A stretch of DNA of 54,846 nucleotides from Nostoc sp. DedSLP01 (GTDB lineage: Bacteria; Cyanobacteriota; Cyanobacteriia; Cyanobacteriales; Nostocaceae), in contig JAVRCJ020000044.1 of NCBI GenBank assembly GCA_034530875.2, positions 1-54,846 of the forward strand, in the 5' to 3' direction. Of this stretch, positions 8,948-17,444 are shown piece after piece. The translations under genes and the position numbers were made by a program. Numbering within the stretch: the stretch's first letter is position 1; each line of letters opens with the position of its first letter. Under the pieces are notes generated by a model. It was not told the origin of the DNA, ran no database searches, and worked only from the letters and a program-made list of their open reading frames with translations.

Positions 8948-10463
8948 GTTACAAGAAAAAGAAACGTTTCTGCAAATAAATCAGCAGTCGTTAGCAGAAC
9001 TATTAACCTTTGTTGACTTTGCTGATACTCAGTTAACAATAGGATTTGTTGCTGTCAACTTTGCTAAAGATAGAAATACTTTAATTGAAATTCTCCAACA
9101 TCATCCCCAATGTCAAGATATTCAGTTTGAGATTCTCAATTTTGCCGATCCTAATTTGCGTTTTTTAAGGGATGAAATCATTAGCGATTTAAAAGAAATT
9201 AATTTAGAGGCAGATAAAAAATTAGTCTTAATTGTTATCGGTTTAGAAAAATCTATTGGTTTATCTGGAGAATATCCGCCTGTCCTGCAAGACTTGAATT
9301 TTGTCCGGGACGCTTTTACTAATAGCGTTCCTCACCCAGTACTGATATTTTTGCCAGACCATGCCCTAATACGCTTGGCAAAATACGCCCCAGATTTTTG
9401 GGCATGGAGAAAAGGAGTATTTTATTTCCAAACAGTTAAATCTACTCAAGAATTGGCTTTGGAAAAAACAATTCAGTCTGAAAGAATATTAGGAAGTTTA
9501 GATTTACCAGAAAGGCAAGAGCGTATTGATTTACTTGAGCGCTTGCTAATGGAAGAATCAACAGATGTAAGCACGCGCATTACTCTTTTAAAAGAGTTAG
9601 GGGTTGCTTATAGGAGTATTGGTGAGGCTAAAAGAGCAGAATATTTTTTGCTCAAAGCTTTGAAGTTGACTGAAGATAATGAAAATTTAGCAGGAAAGAA
9701 AGCAATCATTCTCCACGAACTAGGTTACACGTATTATGATTTGGGAGAATGGGAGAAAGCGATCGCACTGTACAATCAGTCTTTGGAAATAGAAGAACGC
9801 ATTGGTAATGTCCAAGGCAAAGCGGCGACGTTGCACTGTCTAGGAGTTCTCTACGCCAACAAAGGGGAAGTGGATAAAGCGATCGCACTCTACAATCAGT
9901 CTTTGGAAATAAAAGAACGCATTGGTAATGTCCAAGGCAAAGCGGCGACGTTGCACTGTCTGGGAATGATCTACGCCAACAAAGGGGAAGTGGACGAAGC
10001 GATCGCACTCTACAATCAAGTTCTTGAAATTGATGAACGCACTGGTAATGTCCAAGGCAAAGCGGCGACGTTGCACCAACTGGGAAATCTCTACGCCGAC
10101 AAAGGGAAAGTCGATCAAGCGATCGCACTGTATAATCAGTCTTTGGAAATAACTGAACGCATTGGAGATGTCCAAACCAAAGCGGCGACGTTGCACCAAC
10201 TGGCAATTCTCTACGCCAACAAAGGGGAAGTGGATGAAGCGATCGCACTTTTCAATCAGTCTTTGGAAATAAAAGAACGCATTGGTAATGTCCAAGGCAA
10301 AGCAATGACTCTGTGGTGGTTAGGGCATTTGGCAGAACAGCAGGGTGAATACACTAAGGCGATATTCTATTTGCAACCAGCTTTAGAGATTTTGCAGCGA
10401 TTAAAGGCACCGGATGCTGAACAGGTAAGGGCGATACTGGAGAGAATACAGAATCATTCGTAA
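8904..10463 (+). CDS. Tetratricopeptide-repeat protein with an N-terminal alpha/beta (possibly inactive NTPase-like) domain
   Basis: About 7 TPR units of 40 aa; ORF overlaps the ATPase 3' end; exact start uncertain. Confidence 0.85.
   Translation: MLSKKHSNQPQVIPELQEKETFLQINQQSLAELLTFVDFADTQLTIGFVAVNFAKDRNTLIEILQHHPQCQDIQFEILNFADPNLRFLRDEIISDLKEINLEADKKLVLIVIGLEKSIGLSGEYPPVLQDLNFVRDAFTNSVPHPVLIFLPDHALIRLAKYAPDFWAWRKGVFYFQTVKSTQELALEKTIQSERILGSLDLPERQERIDLLERLLMEESTDVSTRITLLKELGVAYRSIGEAKRAEYFLLKALKLTEDNENLAGKKAIILHELGYTYYDLGEWEKAIALYNQSLEIEERIGNVQGKAATLHCLGVLYANKGEVDKAIALYNQSLEIKERIGNVQGKAATLHCLGMIYANKGEVDEAIALYNQVLEIDERTGNVQGKAATLHQLGNLYADKGKVDQAIALYNQSLEITERIGDVQTKAATLHQLAILYANKGEVDEAIALFNQSLEIKERIGNVQGKAMTLWWLGHLAEQQGEYTKAIFYLQPALEILQRLKAPDAEQVRAILERIQNHS
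9721..10320 (+). repeat. Five near-identical 120-bp coding tandem repeats (TPR)
   Basis: Exact 120-bp period; each unit has GCGATCGC at 9759, 9879, 9999, 10119 and 10239. Confidence 0.95.
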
Positions 10464-10498
10464 AGACGATGCTGTATCAGTTATTTCGTCAAATGGTA

Positions 10499-11218
10499 TC
10501 AGGTGAGAGAATCAGGATCTACGCCGAGCGATCGCAACCGTTCTCGTAATAATTGGGTTTCTTGCTGTGCTTGTTGAGCTTCTTGTTTTGCTTGTTGAGC
10601 TTCTTGTTGAGCAAGTTTTTTGTCTTCCTCGGGTGTTAAAAACCTTTGTCCTTCTTGGTTATACCAATACAACCACTCGCGCTCAATGCCTAGATAAGTT
10701 CCCTGTTCCATACCAATTCCCAAACCAATCTCTGGTAGCCAAACAGGATTACCATCATGTAATTCATAAACATTGTTAACTAATTTGTAAACTTCTAAAC
10801 GTGGCTTACGGCGACGAAATGGATTGTAAACCACATAATACAAAATTCCCAATCTTGCATACTCTGCTTTCTTGGTTGAGTACTCGCCGCGATATGTCTG
10901 AGATACTACCTCCAGTGCTAATATCGGTACTTTCTTCTCTTCCCAAAGCACATAACTAGGGCGGAGGTTTCGATCGTAAAATCGCTCTACGCCCAAACTC
11001 AAAAATCCATCTGGGACTATCGCTGGTAAATCTGGGTCATGATAAATCCCCATATCTATACCAAAAAACCAATCCATACGTTCTGCCCAAACCATCGCTA
11101 AGATAACTTTGAGCAAACCTGGAATTATATTTTGTAATTCGTTATCCACTGGGGTATCGTCAGAGTCTGGCAGTTCCTCTGATGAGGGCAAACAAGCTAA
11201 TGGATTGTAATTTAGCAT
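10499..11218 (-). CDS. Uma2 family (DUF820) PD-(D/E)XK endonuclease
   Basis: LPDSDDTPVDNE, VPDGF, LEVVS and K..YA.LGI.YY motifs; C-terminal QQEAQQA coiled coil. Confidence 0.92.
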   Translation of the reverse strand: MLNYNPLACLPSSEELPDSDDTPVDNELQNIIPGLLKVILAMVWAERMDWFFGIDMGIYHDPDLPAIVPDGFLSLGVERFYDRNLRPSYVLWEEKKVPILALEVVSQTYRGEYSTKKAEYARLGILYYVVYNPFRRRKPRLEVYKLVNNVYELHDGNPVWLPEIGLGIGMEQGTYLGIEREWLYWYNQEGQRFLTPEEDKKLAQQEAQQAKQEAQQAQQETQLLRERLRSLGVDPDSLT

Positions 11219-11282
11219 GATTGATTTCCCGTTCCTCAGTTATGAGTACATCTTTATTTTATTAATGAATCTCGATCGCAAT

Positions 11283-11321
11283 TTAAATGAGAGAATCAGG
11301 ATCTACACCGAGCGATCGCAA
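11283..11321 (-). pseudogene. 3'-end remnant of a second Uma2 gene
   Basis: Encodes LRSLGVDPDSLI*; 33/34 nt identical to 10504-10537. Confidence 0.75.
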
Positions 11322-11558
11322 GCTTTTATAAGTGACAATCAGCTTCAAGATAGAGAAAAATTTACTTATAAATTTTTTGTAATAATTAAAACTTAGTAAA
11401 ATAATTATACTTAGGAGTAGTGAATATTATATATCATGAAGTTCTGTTGCAATTACTACGGCGGAACACTAGCGTAAAGTGGTCAATTTGACAATCTTTA
11501 ATCCTAAATCTACTTGGCGTATAGTCATAATCTGTTCGCACGCAACAAGACTTGATTT

Positions 11559-12785
11559 ATGGTTCAAAAGCTTGAAAGAAAACGCCAGAGTGCAGGGTTT
11601 CCAGAGACTGCCCCTGCTGCTAATCCTGTATTTTTTAGAACCTATAGCCGCCGTACTAAGGCAGGGTTGAGGGAAACATGGGATGAGGTATGCGATCGCA
11701 CTTTACAAGGTTTAATCGAGTTGGGAAAACTCGCAAGAGAAGAAGTTGCCATATTAGATCGGATGCAGCGCAATCTGAAAGCCATGCCTAGTGGACGCTG
11801 GTTATGGGTTGGCGGTACTGACTGGATTAGGAAGCCAAAGAATTTTTCCGGGGCTTATAATTGCACCTCCACCAACTTAGAAAACTGGAGTGCTTTCGGA
11901 TTAATGATGGATTTGGCAATGATGGGCTGTGGTACTGGAGCCGTCTTAGAACCACAATACATTAACCAATTGCCCCCCATCCGTAACCACTTGAACATCA
12001 CCGTACAAGGTGAAATTGGTAGTACTGTTAAAAATGAGCGTCGTGAATATACACAAACACATATAGAAGGTAACAAGGTTACTATCCACGTTGGAGATAG
12101 CCGTGAAGGTTGGGTTGAATCATATCAAACCCTGTTGGAACTTTCCACTAACGAAAGTTTTTCAGGAGATGTTGAAGTATTAGTTGATATCAGCGATGTT
12201 CGTAAAGCAGGAGAAACCCTCAACGGCTTTGGAGGAGTTGCAAATCCTGTGAAATTGCCAGGACTTTATCAGCGTTGTGCATCTATTCTGAATAAAGCCA
12301 AAGGACGACAATTAACTTCAGTTGAATGTTGTCTATTAATTGACCAGGCCGCTGTAACAATTGTTGCAGGAAATATCCGGAGGAGTGCGGGTATGCGTCA
12401 GTTTACTGCTAACGACAGTCTGGGAGCAACAGCCAAAGATAATTTATGGCAACAAGATGCAGAGGGTAACTGGCGAATCGATCCAGAACGCGATGCTTTG
12501 AGAATGGCAAATCATACCAGAGTTTTTCACCGCAAGCCGACATTAGAAGAATGTATTGGTGCTGTTCGCAAACAATATTATAGTGGCGAGGGTGCTATTC
12601 AATGGGCTGGTGAAGCTGTAGCCAGAGCAAATATAGATTTGTTGCCAACACAAGCATTAAAAGTAGATTTTTTGAATGCTTATAACCAAGGCACAGCAAA
12701 AGAATGGTTGCAAGAACGCTATCCTCAACTTGATGCTAAAGAGCTAGAACATCGTTTGGCTCGCTATGGGCTAAATCCGTGTGGT
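11559..12785 (+). CDS. nrdJ: Adenosylcobalamin-dependent ribonucleoside-triphosphate reductase, exon 1
   Basis: VFFRTYSR, PSGRWLW, YNCT and GNIRRSA motifs; ends at GLNPCG (catalytic Cys). Confidence 0.93.
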
Positions 12786-13125
12786 AATTGATTTTGCCTC
12801 ACGTTAAAAACCTCGCAAAAACGGGGAAAGCTGAGATGCTAATCCCGTGGTAATCAAAGGAAATAAAAAGCCTTTGACACCGTACAGCGTAGAGAGTGAA
12901 ACTAGATAATACCAATTCGTAATTCGTAATTTGCAATGGGCTTCACACCGTTGCTGGTATTAAACCTAAAATAGGGCTCTAGACTATAATCTCTCCAAGA
13001 GTGCGGGGGCAAATGTGAAAAATACTTTTATTCTTAAAGTCACATTTGCAAAATGTACGCGGAGCTACTGCAAATCATCAAGCAGTAGAACTAAAGGATA
13101 AAAAGCCTTTAGGATAACAAAATTG
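12786..13125 (+). ncRNA. Group I self-splicing intron (340 nt, no ORF) in nrdJ
   Basis: 5' exon ends in U and intron ends in G. P1 CGUGUGGU/GCCUCACG with U.G at the splice site; P10 UGAUUUU/GAAAUCA; P3 CCUCGCA/UGCGGGG; P4 CGGG/CCCG; P7 CAGCGUA/UACGCG. Removal restores NPCGEII. Confidence 0.9.
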
Positions 13126-14199
13126 GAAATCATCGGCTCTAATTTTCACTGTAATTTGTCTGAGGTTCACCTCAATCAAATTGACCCATTTAACTACAAA
13201 GAACAAGAGGAGGCTTTCACCGCTGGGGCGTTATCTGTAGCAGCACTTTTAAACCACAAATTCCAAGAACCACGCTATCAATACAGCCGGGAATTAGACC
13301 CAATTGTGGGAGTTTCTTTTACAGGTTTATTTGATTTCTTCGTTCATGCTTTTGGTGTTGATTGGCTGCGCTGGTGGGAAGCGGGAAGACCTGCAACTCC
13401 ACAAGGATTAGCGTTTAAGCGGGAGGAGGAGAAATATTTAAGTTTTTGGAAAGATACCGTGCATCGAGTTGTTTGGGATTATTGCGATCGCCACAATCTC
13501 AAACGCCCAAATCGCTGCACCACAGTCCAACCTAGCGGCACTAAAGCTTTATTAACTAATGCTAGTTCCGGATGGCATCCCCCCAAAGCACAGCGATTTA
13601 TTCGCCGGATTACTTTCGGGAAAAATGACCCCGTAGCTTTAGCTTGTATTGACTACGGTTACAATGTTATTCCCTCACAATCAGACAAAGACGAACACGG
13701 CAATTTACTCAACGATCCTTTCGATCCACGCGTCAGCGAATGGTTAGTAGAAATCCCCGTTGCTGTATCTTGGGCTGATTTACCTGGGGCTGATGAAATT
13801 GATGTTTCTAAGTTTTCAGTTTTAGCCCAATTTGATTTTGTCCAGCAAGTTCAGCGCCACTATGTGAGCCACAACACATCAGCAACTTTAGAACTGCGCT
13901 CTGATGAAATCGAAAGCTTGGGACAGCGAATTTACGATAGCATTCAAAATGATGAAGGATATATTTCCGCAGCTCTTTTAGCCAGGTTTGACGATTTGCA
14001 ATCCTTCCCACGTTTGCCGTTTGAACCGATAGATAAAGCAACGTGCGATCGCTTAACTCAAGAAGTTAAAGCACGACGTAAAACAGATGATTTCTGTGGA
14101 GCTTTAAGCCGCTATGATTTAGGTGAAATGTCAGAAGCCGGCCCTAGCGGCTGTGACTCTGATAAGTGTATGTTTCCTGCTCAGGAACCAAGCTCATAG
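13126..14199 (+). CDS. nrdJ: Ribonucleoside-triphosphate reductase, exon 2
   Basis: Begins EIIGSNFHCNLSE; TTVQPSGT motif; C-terminal redox pair GCDSDKC. Confidence 0.93.
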   Translation, partial: EIIGSNFHCNLSEVHLNQIDPFNYKEQEEAFTAGALSVAALLNHKFQEPRYQYSRELDPIVGVSFTGLFDFFVHAFGVDWLRWWEAGRPATPQGLAFKREEEKYLSFWKDTVHRVVWDYCDRHNLKRPNRCTTVQPSGTKALLTNASSGWHPPKAQRFIRRITFGKNDPVALACIDYGYNVIPSQSDKDEHGNLLNDPFDPRVSEWLVEIPVAVSWADLPGADEIDVSKFSVLAQFDFVQQVQRHYVSHNTSATLELRSDEIESLGQRIYDSIQNDEGYISAALLARFDDLQSFPRLPFEPIDKATCDRLTQEVKARRKTDDFCGALSRYDLGEMSEAGPSGCDSDKCMFPAQEPSS

Positions 14200-14370
14200 G
14201 GTAAGTGGGGAGTAGGGAGTAGGGAGTAGGGAATGGGGACTCGGGAGGGAAGCAGGGGGAGTGTGGGAGGTGTGGGAGGATTGGGAGGATGGGAAGAAAT
14301 CTTTCCCCCTAGTCCCCACACTCCCCATACTTCTCCATCTCCCCCAATGCCCAATGCCCAATCCCCTAAC
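14200..14370. repeat. STRR-type heptamer repeats in inverted arrangement
   Basis: (AGGGAGT)n and GGGAGGA repeats followed by CCCAATG/TCCCC repeats. Confidence 0.75.
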
Positions 14371-14426
14371 ACGTTACGATTATTGAATAAGTAATAATTT
14401 TTGATGGCAGAGCCAGGAGAGTCGTT

Positions 14427-14645
14427 ATGTTCATTGAAGAATTGTCACCTATATTCAAAGAATTTACTCATCACCCAGGGTCCTTTCTCGGTGGGTTATT
14501 CTCTGGCGTGCTTCGACTCAATCTTTCAGACGATCCCGTTAAAAGCTGGCTAAATCAACAAACCCACTCAAATAGTTCCACCTCCAATACAACTGAGGCA
14601 CAAAACGGTAAAGCCTCTGGGCCTCAGCGGATTGCAATTGACTAA
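14427..14645 (+). CDS. Conserved small cyanobacterial hypothetical protein
   Basis: AGGAG RBS; 72 aa with LRLNL.DDPVKSWL and C-terminal GPQ.I.ID. Confidence 0.8.
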   Translation: MFIEELSPIFKEFTHHPGSFLGGLFSGVLRLNLSDDPVKSWLNQQTHSNSSTSNTTEAQNGKASGPQRIAID

Positions 14646-14752
14646 ATCTTATTAGAGTAATTGCAAATCTTGATGGATCGTTAATTTTAGATTAGGAGGT
14701 TTGTGAAATCTCGTATTTTGGAAAATGTCAGAATCAGCTATTATCGACTTAC

Positions 14753-15198
14753 CCCGTAGGTACAAAACACTGTCTTAAAGAAGCACAGATGTAGTGCCAA
14801 CGACAAATTTATTTGCCGTCAAGCGTGGTAAAATCTTATCAGTGGAAGGCTAATCAACCACTCGAAAAACCCTATTGCTGCTTAATTAGCAGAAGCTGAC
14901 CCTTGACAATTGAAGATTAGTGGGTTCTATTCCATAGTTTTAGTTCTTACCCAGGAATAGGTAAAATCTTCATGGGAACTAAACAACCAGCATTGAAATC
15001 AAACAGATTTTGGAGCAATCCGACTAAGGTAGGGTATACCGACAGTTAAAGCTTGTGAGCCAGTGCGTTGCGGGGGTTCCCCCCGTTGTAGCAACTGGCG
15101 TGGAGAGAACCACTTCTGAGTTAGGTGACGCAAGAAGCCTAGTTTAAGTGGACTCGTTGAACCAAGAATCTCCTGAATTCAATTTTGGAGAGTGTCAA
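14753..15198 (+). mobile_element. Non-autonomous IS200/IS605-family (IS891/IS608-like) element with omegaRNA-like right end
   Basis: Right end GAAT-CTCC...GGAG-AGTG-TCAA (guide + hairpin + TCAA); TTAC immediately 5' of a degenerate left-end hairpin; no transposase ORF inside. Confidence 0.7.
15057..15101 (+). repeat. 45-bp palindromic dispersed repeat inserted in the omegaRNA-like region
   Basis: GAGCCAGTGCGTTGCGGGGGTTCCCCCCGTTGTAGCAACTGGCGT; related copies at 17941-17984 and 49142-49189 on the opposite strand. Confidence 0.7.
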
Positions 15199-15339
15199 AT
15201 ATAAACTTATTTGGCTGCTTCCCTCAAACATTCACCACACCATTGCTGAATCCAAGAGGAATATGCAATATTTGCAATGTTGTTAAATCTGTTTTTCAGC
15301 TGAACTAATTGCTCGTTGTTGAAAATTACCCGATCTCAC

Positions 15340-15624
15340 ATGACTATTTACGTTGGAAATCTCTCCTACCGCGCTACTGAAGCAGACCTAAGAGCAGTGT
15401 TTGCAGACTACGGCGAGGTCAAAAGAGTGGTCTTACCTACTGACCGCGAAACAGGACGACTACGCGGCTTTGCCTTTGTTGATATGAATGAAGACGCTCA
15501 AGAGGATGCAGCCATCACAGAATTAGATGGTGCAGAATGGATGGGTCGTCAACTCAGAGTTAACAAGGCTAAACCTCGAGAAGACAACCCACGAGGTAAC
15601 TACTCGAAAAAACAAGATTTTTAA
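15340..15624 (+). CDS. rbp: RRM RNA-binding protein (Rbp family, without a long Gly-rich tail)
   Basis: RNP2 IYVGNL and RNP1 RGFAFV; start taken at ATG 15340. Confidence 0.93.
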   Translation: MTIYVGNLSYRATEADLRAVFADYGEVKRVVLPTDRETGRLRGFAFVDMNEDAQEDAAITELDGAEWMGRQLRVNKAKPREDNPRGNYSKKQDF

Positions 15625-15644
15625 CAATTAAAGAATAATGGCTT

Positions 15645-15760
15645 CGGTCGTCAGAATTCAGTTAAGTATTCTGCATAACTGATGCATCTACCTTGCTTCT
15701 GTACAGAAGTGTAACCGGGTTCAAGTGACCCACCAAACTTTGAGTTTGGTGGTCTACCCT
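15645..15760. repeat. Dispersed intergenic repeat (same family as 35497-35690)
   Basis: Shared GTCGTCAGAATTCAGT start and CCCACCAAA...TTTGGTG hairpin. Confidence 0.55.
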
Positions 15761-16145
15761 TCGTTTTGCCAAAGTATAAAGCAGTCGCGATTATATAGCA
15801 GGAGGCAGGAGGCAGAAGGCAGAAGGCAGGAGGTAAAAGTATTACTATTCCTGGTATTCAAGCTTTTAAAATGTCCTAACATATCTGGCTACGGCTATCA
15901 ATCCGCTACTGAATAGTGTATAGGCAGCAAATCTGCAAACTTCTCAATCTTAATTGCTGAATCCTAAATTCTTCTTTTTAAGAATCGCGAGTTTTCAGTA
16001 TAGCAGATTTTTTTCTAGTTCTGCAAGACCAAACAAACAATTTAATAGAATTAGCTTGAATCGGTTGCGATGGTATAAGCGATCGCAATTATTGATTTCT
16101 TCTTCAGTAAAAGTATTTTCAAGTCACCTGAATCGATATGGAAAC

Positions 16146-17315
16146 ATGGAATCCCTAGCCTTTCGTATGCAGGCGGTACAGTCGCCGATTATTCCGGTGG
16201 TTGGGGAACTGATTAAAAATTCTCCTGGAACAATCTCTTTAGGACAAGGTGTTGTTTATTACAGTCCTCCACCCGAAGCAATAGATTTTTTACCGAAATT
16301 CCTCGCCGAACCTGCCAATAATTTATACAAATCAGTTGAAGGAATTGAGCCTTTATTGAGAGCACTTGCAGAAAAATTGCAAGCCTTCAATGGTATTGAA
16401 ATCAGTGAAGAAAACTGTATAGTTGTCACAGCAGGAAGCAATATGGCATTTATAAATGCCATTCTTGCTATTACCAATCCAGGCGATGAAATTATTTTGA
16501 ACACACCCTATTATTTCAATCATGAAATGGCGATCGCAATAGCTGGTTGCCGTGCGGTGTTAGTAGAAACTGACGAAAATTATCAACTACGAACGGAAGC
16601 GATCGCTCAAGCAATTACTTCCAAAACACGCGCTATAGTCACCATTTCACCAAATAATCCCACTGGAGTTGTATATAGTGAAGAGACATTGCGCCAGGTA
16701 AATGACATTTGTAGAAATCACAATATTTATCATATCAGCGATGAAGCTTATGAATACTTTACCTACAATGGAGTAAAACACATCTCACCTGCTGCATTTG
16801 CTAATAGTAGCCAGTACACCATTTCTCTTTATAGCCTTTCCAAAGCCTACGGTTTTGCAAGTTGGCGTATTGGCTATATGGTAATTCCTAAATACTTACT
16901 TGCAGCCATCAAGAAAATCCAGGATACAATTTTAATTTGTCCGCCAGTAATTTCTCAATATGCGGCTTTGGGCGCATTGCAGGCAAAAGAAGATTATTTG
17001 AAAGAAAATATTGGCAGAATTGTTGAAGTACGACAACTATTACTAGAATCTCTTAACTCTCTCCAACACTTATGTACTATTACACCCGCTAATGGAGCTT
17101 TTTATTTTTTCCTGAAAGTTCATACCCAAATTGATGATTTTGAATTAGTTAAAAGGCTCATTCAAGAATATAAAGTCGCAGTTATTCCGGGTGCAACCTT
17201 TGGTGTAGAAAATGGATGCTATCTCCGGGTCGCTTATGGTGCGCTGCAAAAAGAGACAGCAAAAGAAGGTATAGAGAGATTAGTTGAAGGGTTACAAAAT
17301 ATAGTTAGGAGTTAG
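16146..17315 (+). CDS. Class I/II PLP-dependent aminotransferase
   Basis: SPNNPTG, SDEAY and SLSKAYGFASWRIG (PLP lysine); start re-placed at ATG 16146. Confidence 0.92.
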   Translation: MESLAFRMQAVQSPIIPVVGELIKNSPGTISLGQGVVYYSPPPEAIDFLPKFLAEPANNLYKSVEGIEPLLRALAEKLQAFNGIEISEENCIVVTAGSNMAFINAILAITNPGDEIILNTPYYFNHEMAIAIAGCRAVLVETDENYQLRTEAIAQAITSKTRAIVTISPNNPTGVVYSEETLRQVNDICRNHNIYHISDEAYEYFTYNGVKHISPAAFANSSQYTISLYSLSKAYGFASWRIGYMVIPKYLLAAIKKIQDTILICPPVISQYAALGALQAKEDYLKENIGRIVEVRQLLLESLNSLQHLCTITPANGAFYFFLKVHTQIDDFELVKRLIQEYKVAVIPGATFGVENGCYLRVAYGALQKETAKEGIERLVEGLQNIVRS

Positions 17316-17317
17316 GA

Positions 17318-17345
17318 GTACAGACGCGATGAATCGCGTCTGTAC
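17318..17345. repeat. REP-like perfect palindrome / possible terminator
   Basis: GTACAGACGCGAT-GA-ATCGCGTCTGTAC immediately after the stop. Confidence 0.65.
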
Positions 17346-17444
17346 AAGATTTAGGAGTTTGAAGTTGCAAGTTGAGATGATTTTTTTAAACATTGCTCTT
17401 TTTTAGTACACTTTTTATAAAATCAATAATTTAAAATTGAAGAC

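Noticed and set aside
9706..10295. Antisense ORFs of 180 and 151 aa with repeated motifs
   Set aside because: Shadows of the 120-bp TPR repeats.
9721..10320. Diversity-generating retroelement VR/TR pair
   Set aside because: No reverse transcriptase in the window; the repeats are tandem coding units and differences are not confined to adenines.
11330..11558. Cobalamin riboswitch or NrdR boxes upstream of nrdJ
   Set aside because: No B12-box seen; candidate NrdR-like palindromes are too degenerate to call.
11559..14199. nrdJ as a frameshifted pseudogene, split gene or intein-containing gene
   Set aside because: The gap has stops and no intein ORF; group I intron pairings and exact in-frame rejoining explain it.
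15954..16145. N-terminal extension of the aminotransferase ORF
   Set aside because: Non-ATG start and non-homologous-looking sequence; ATG 16146 fits the family length.
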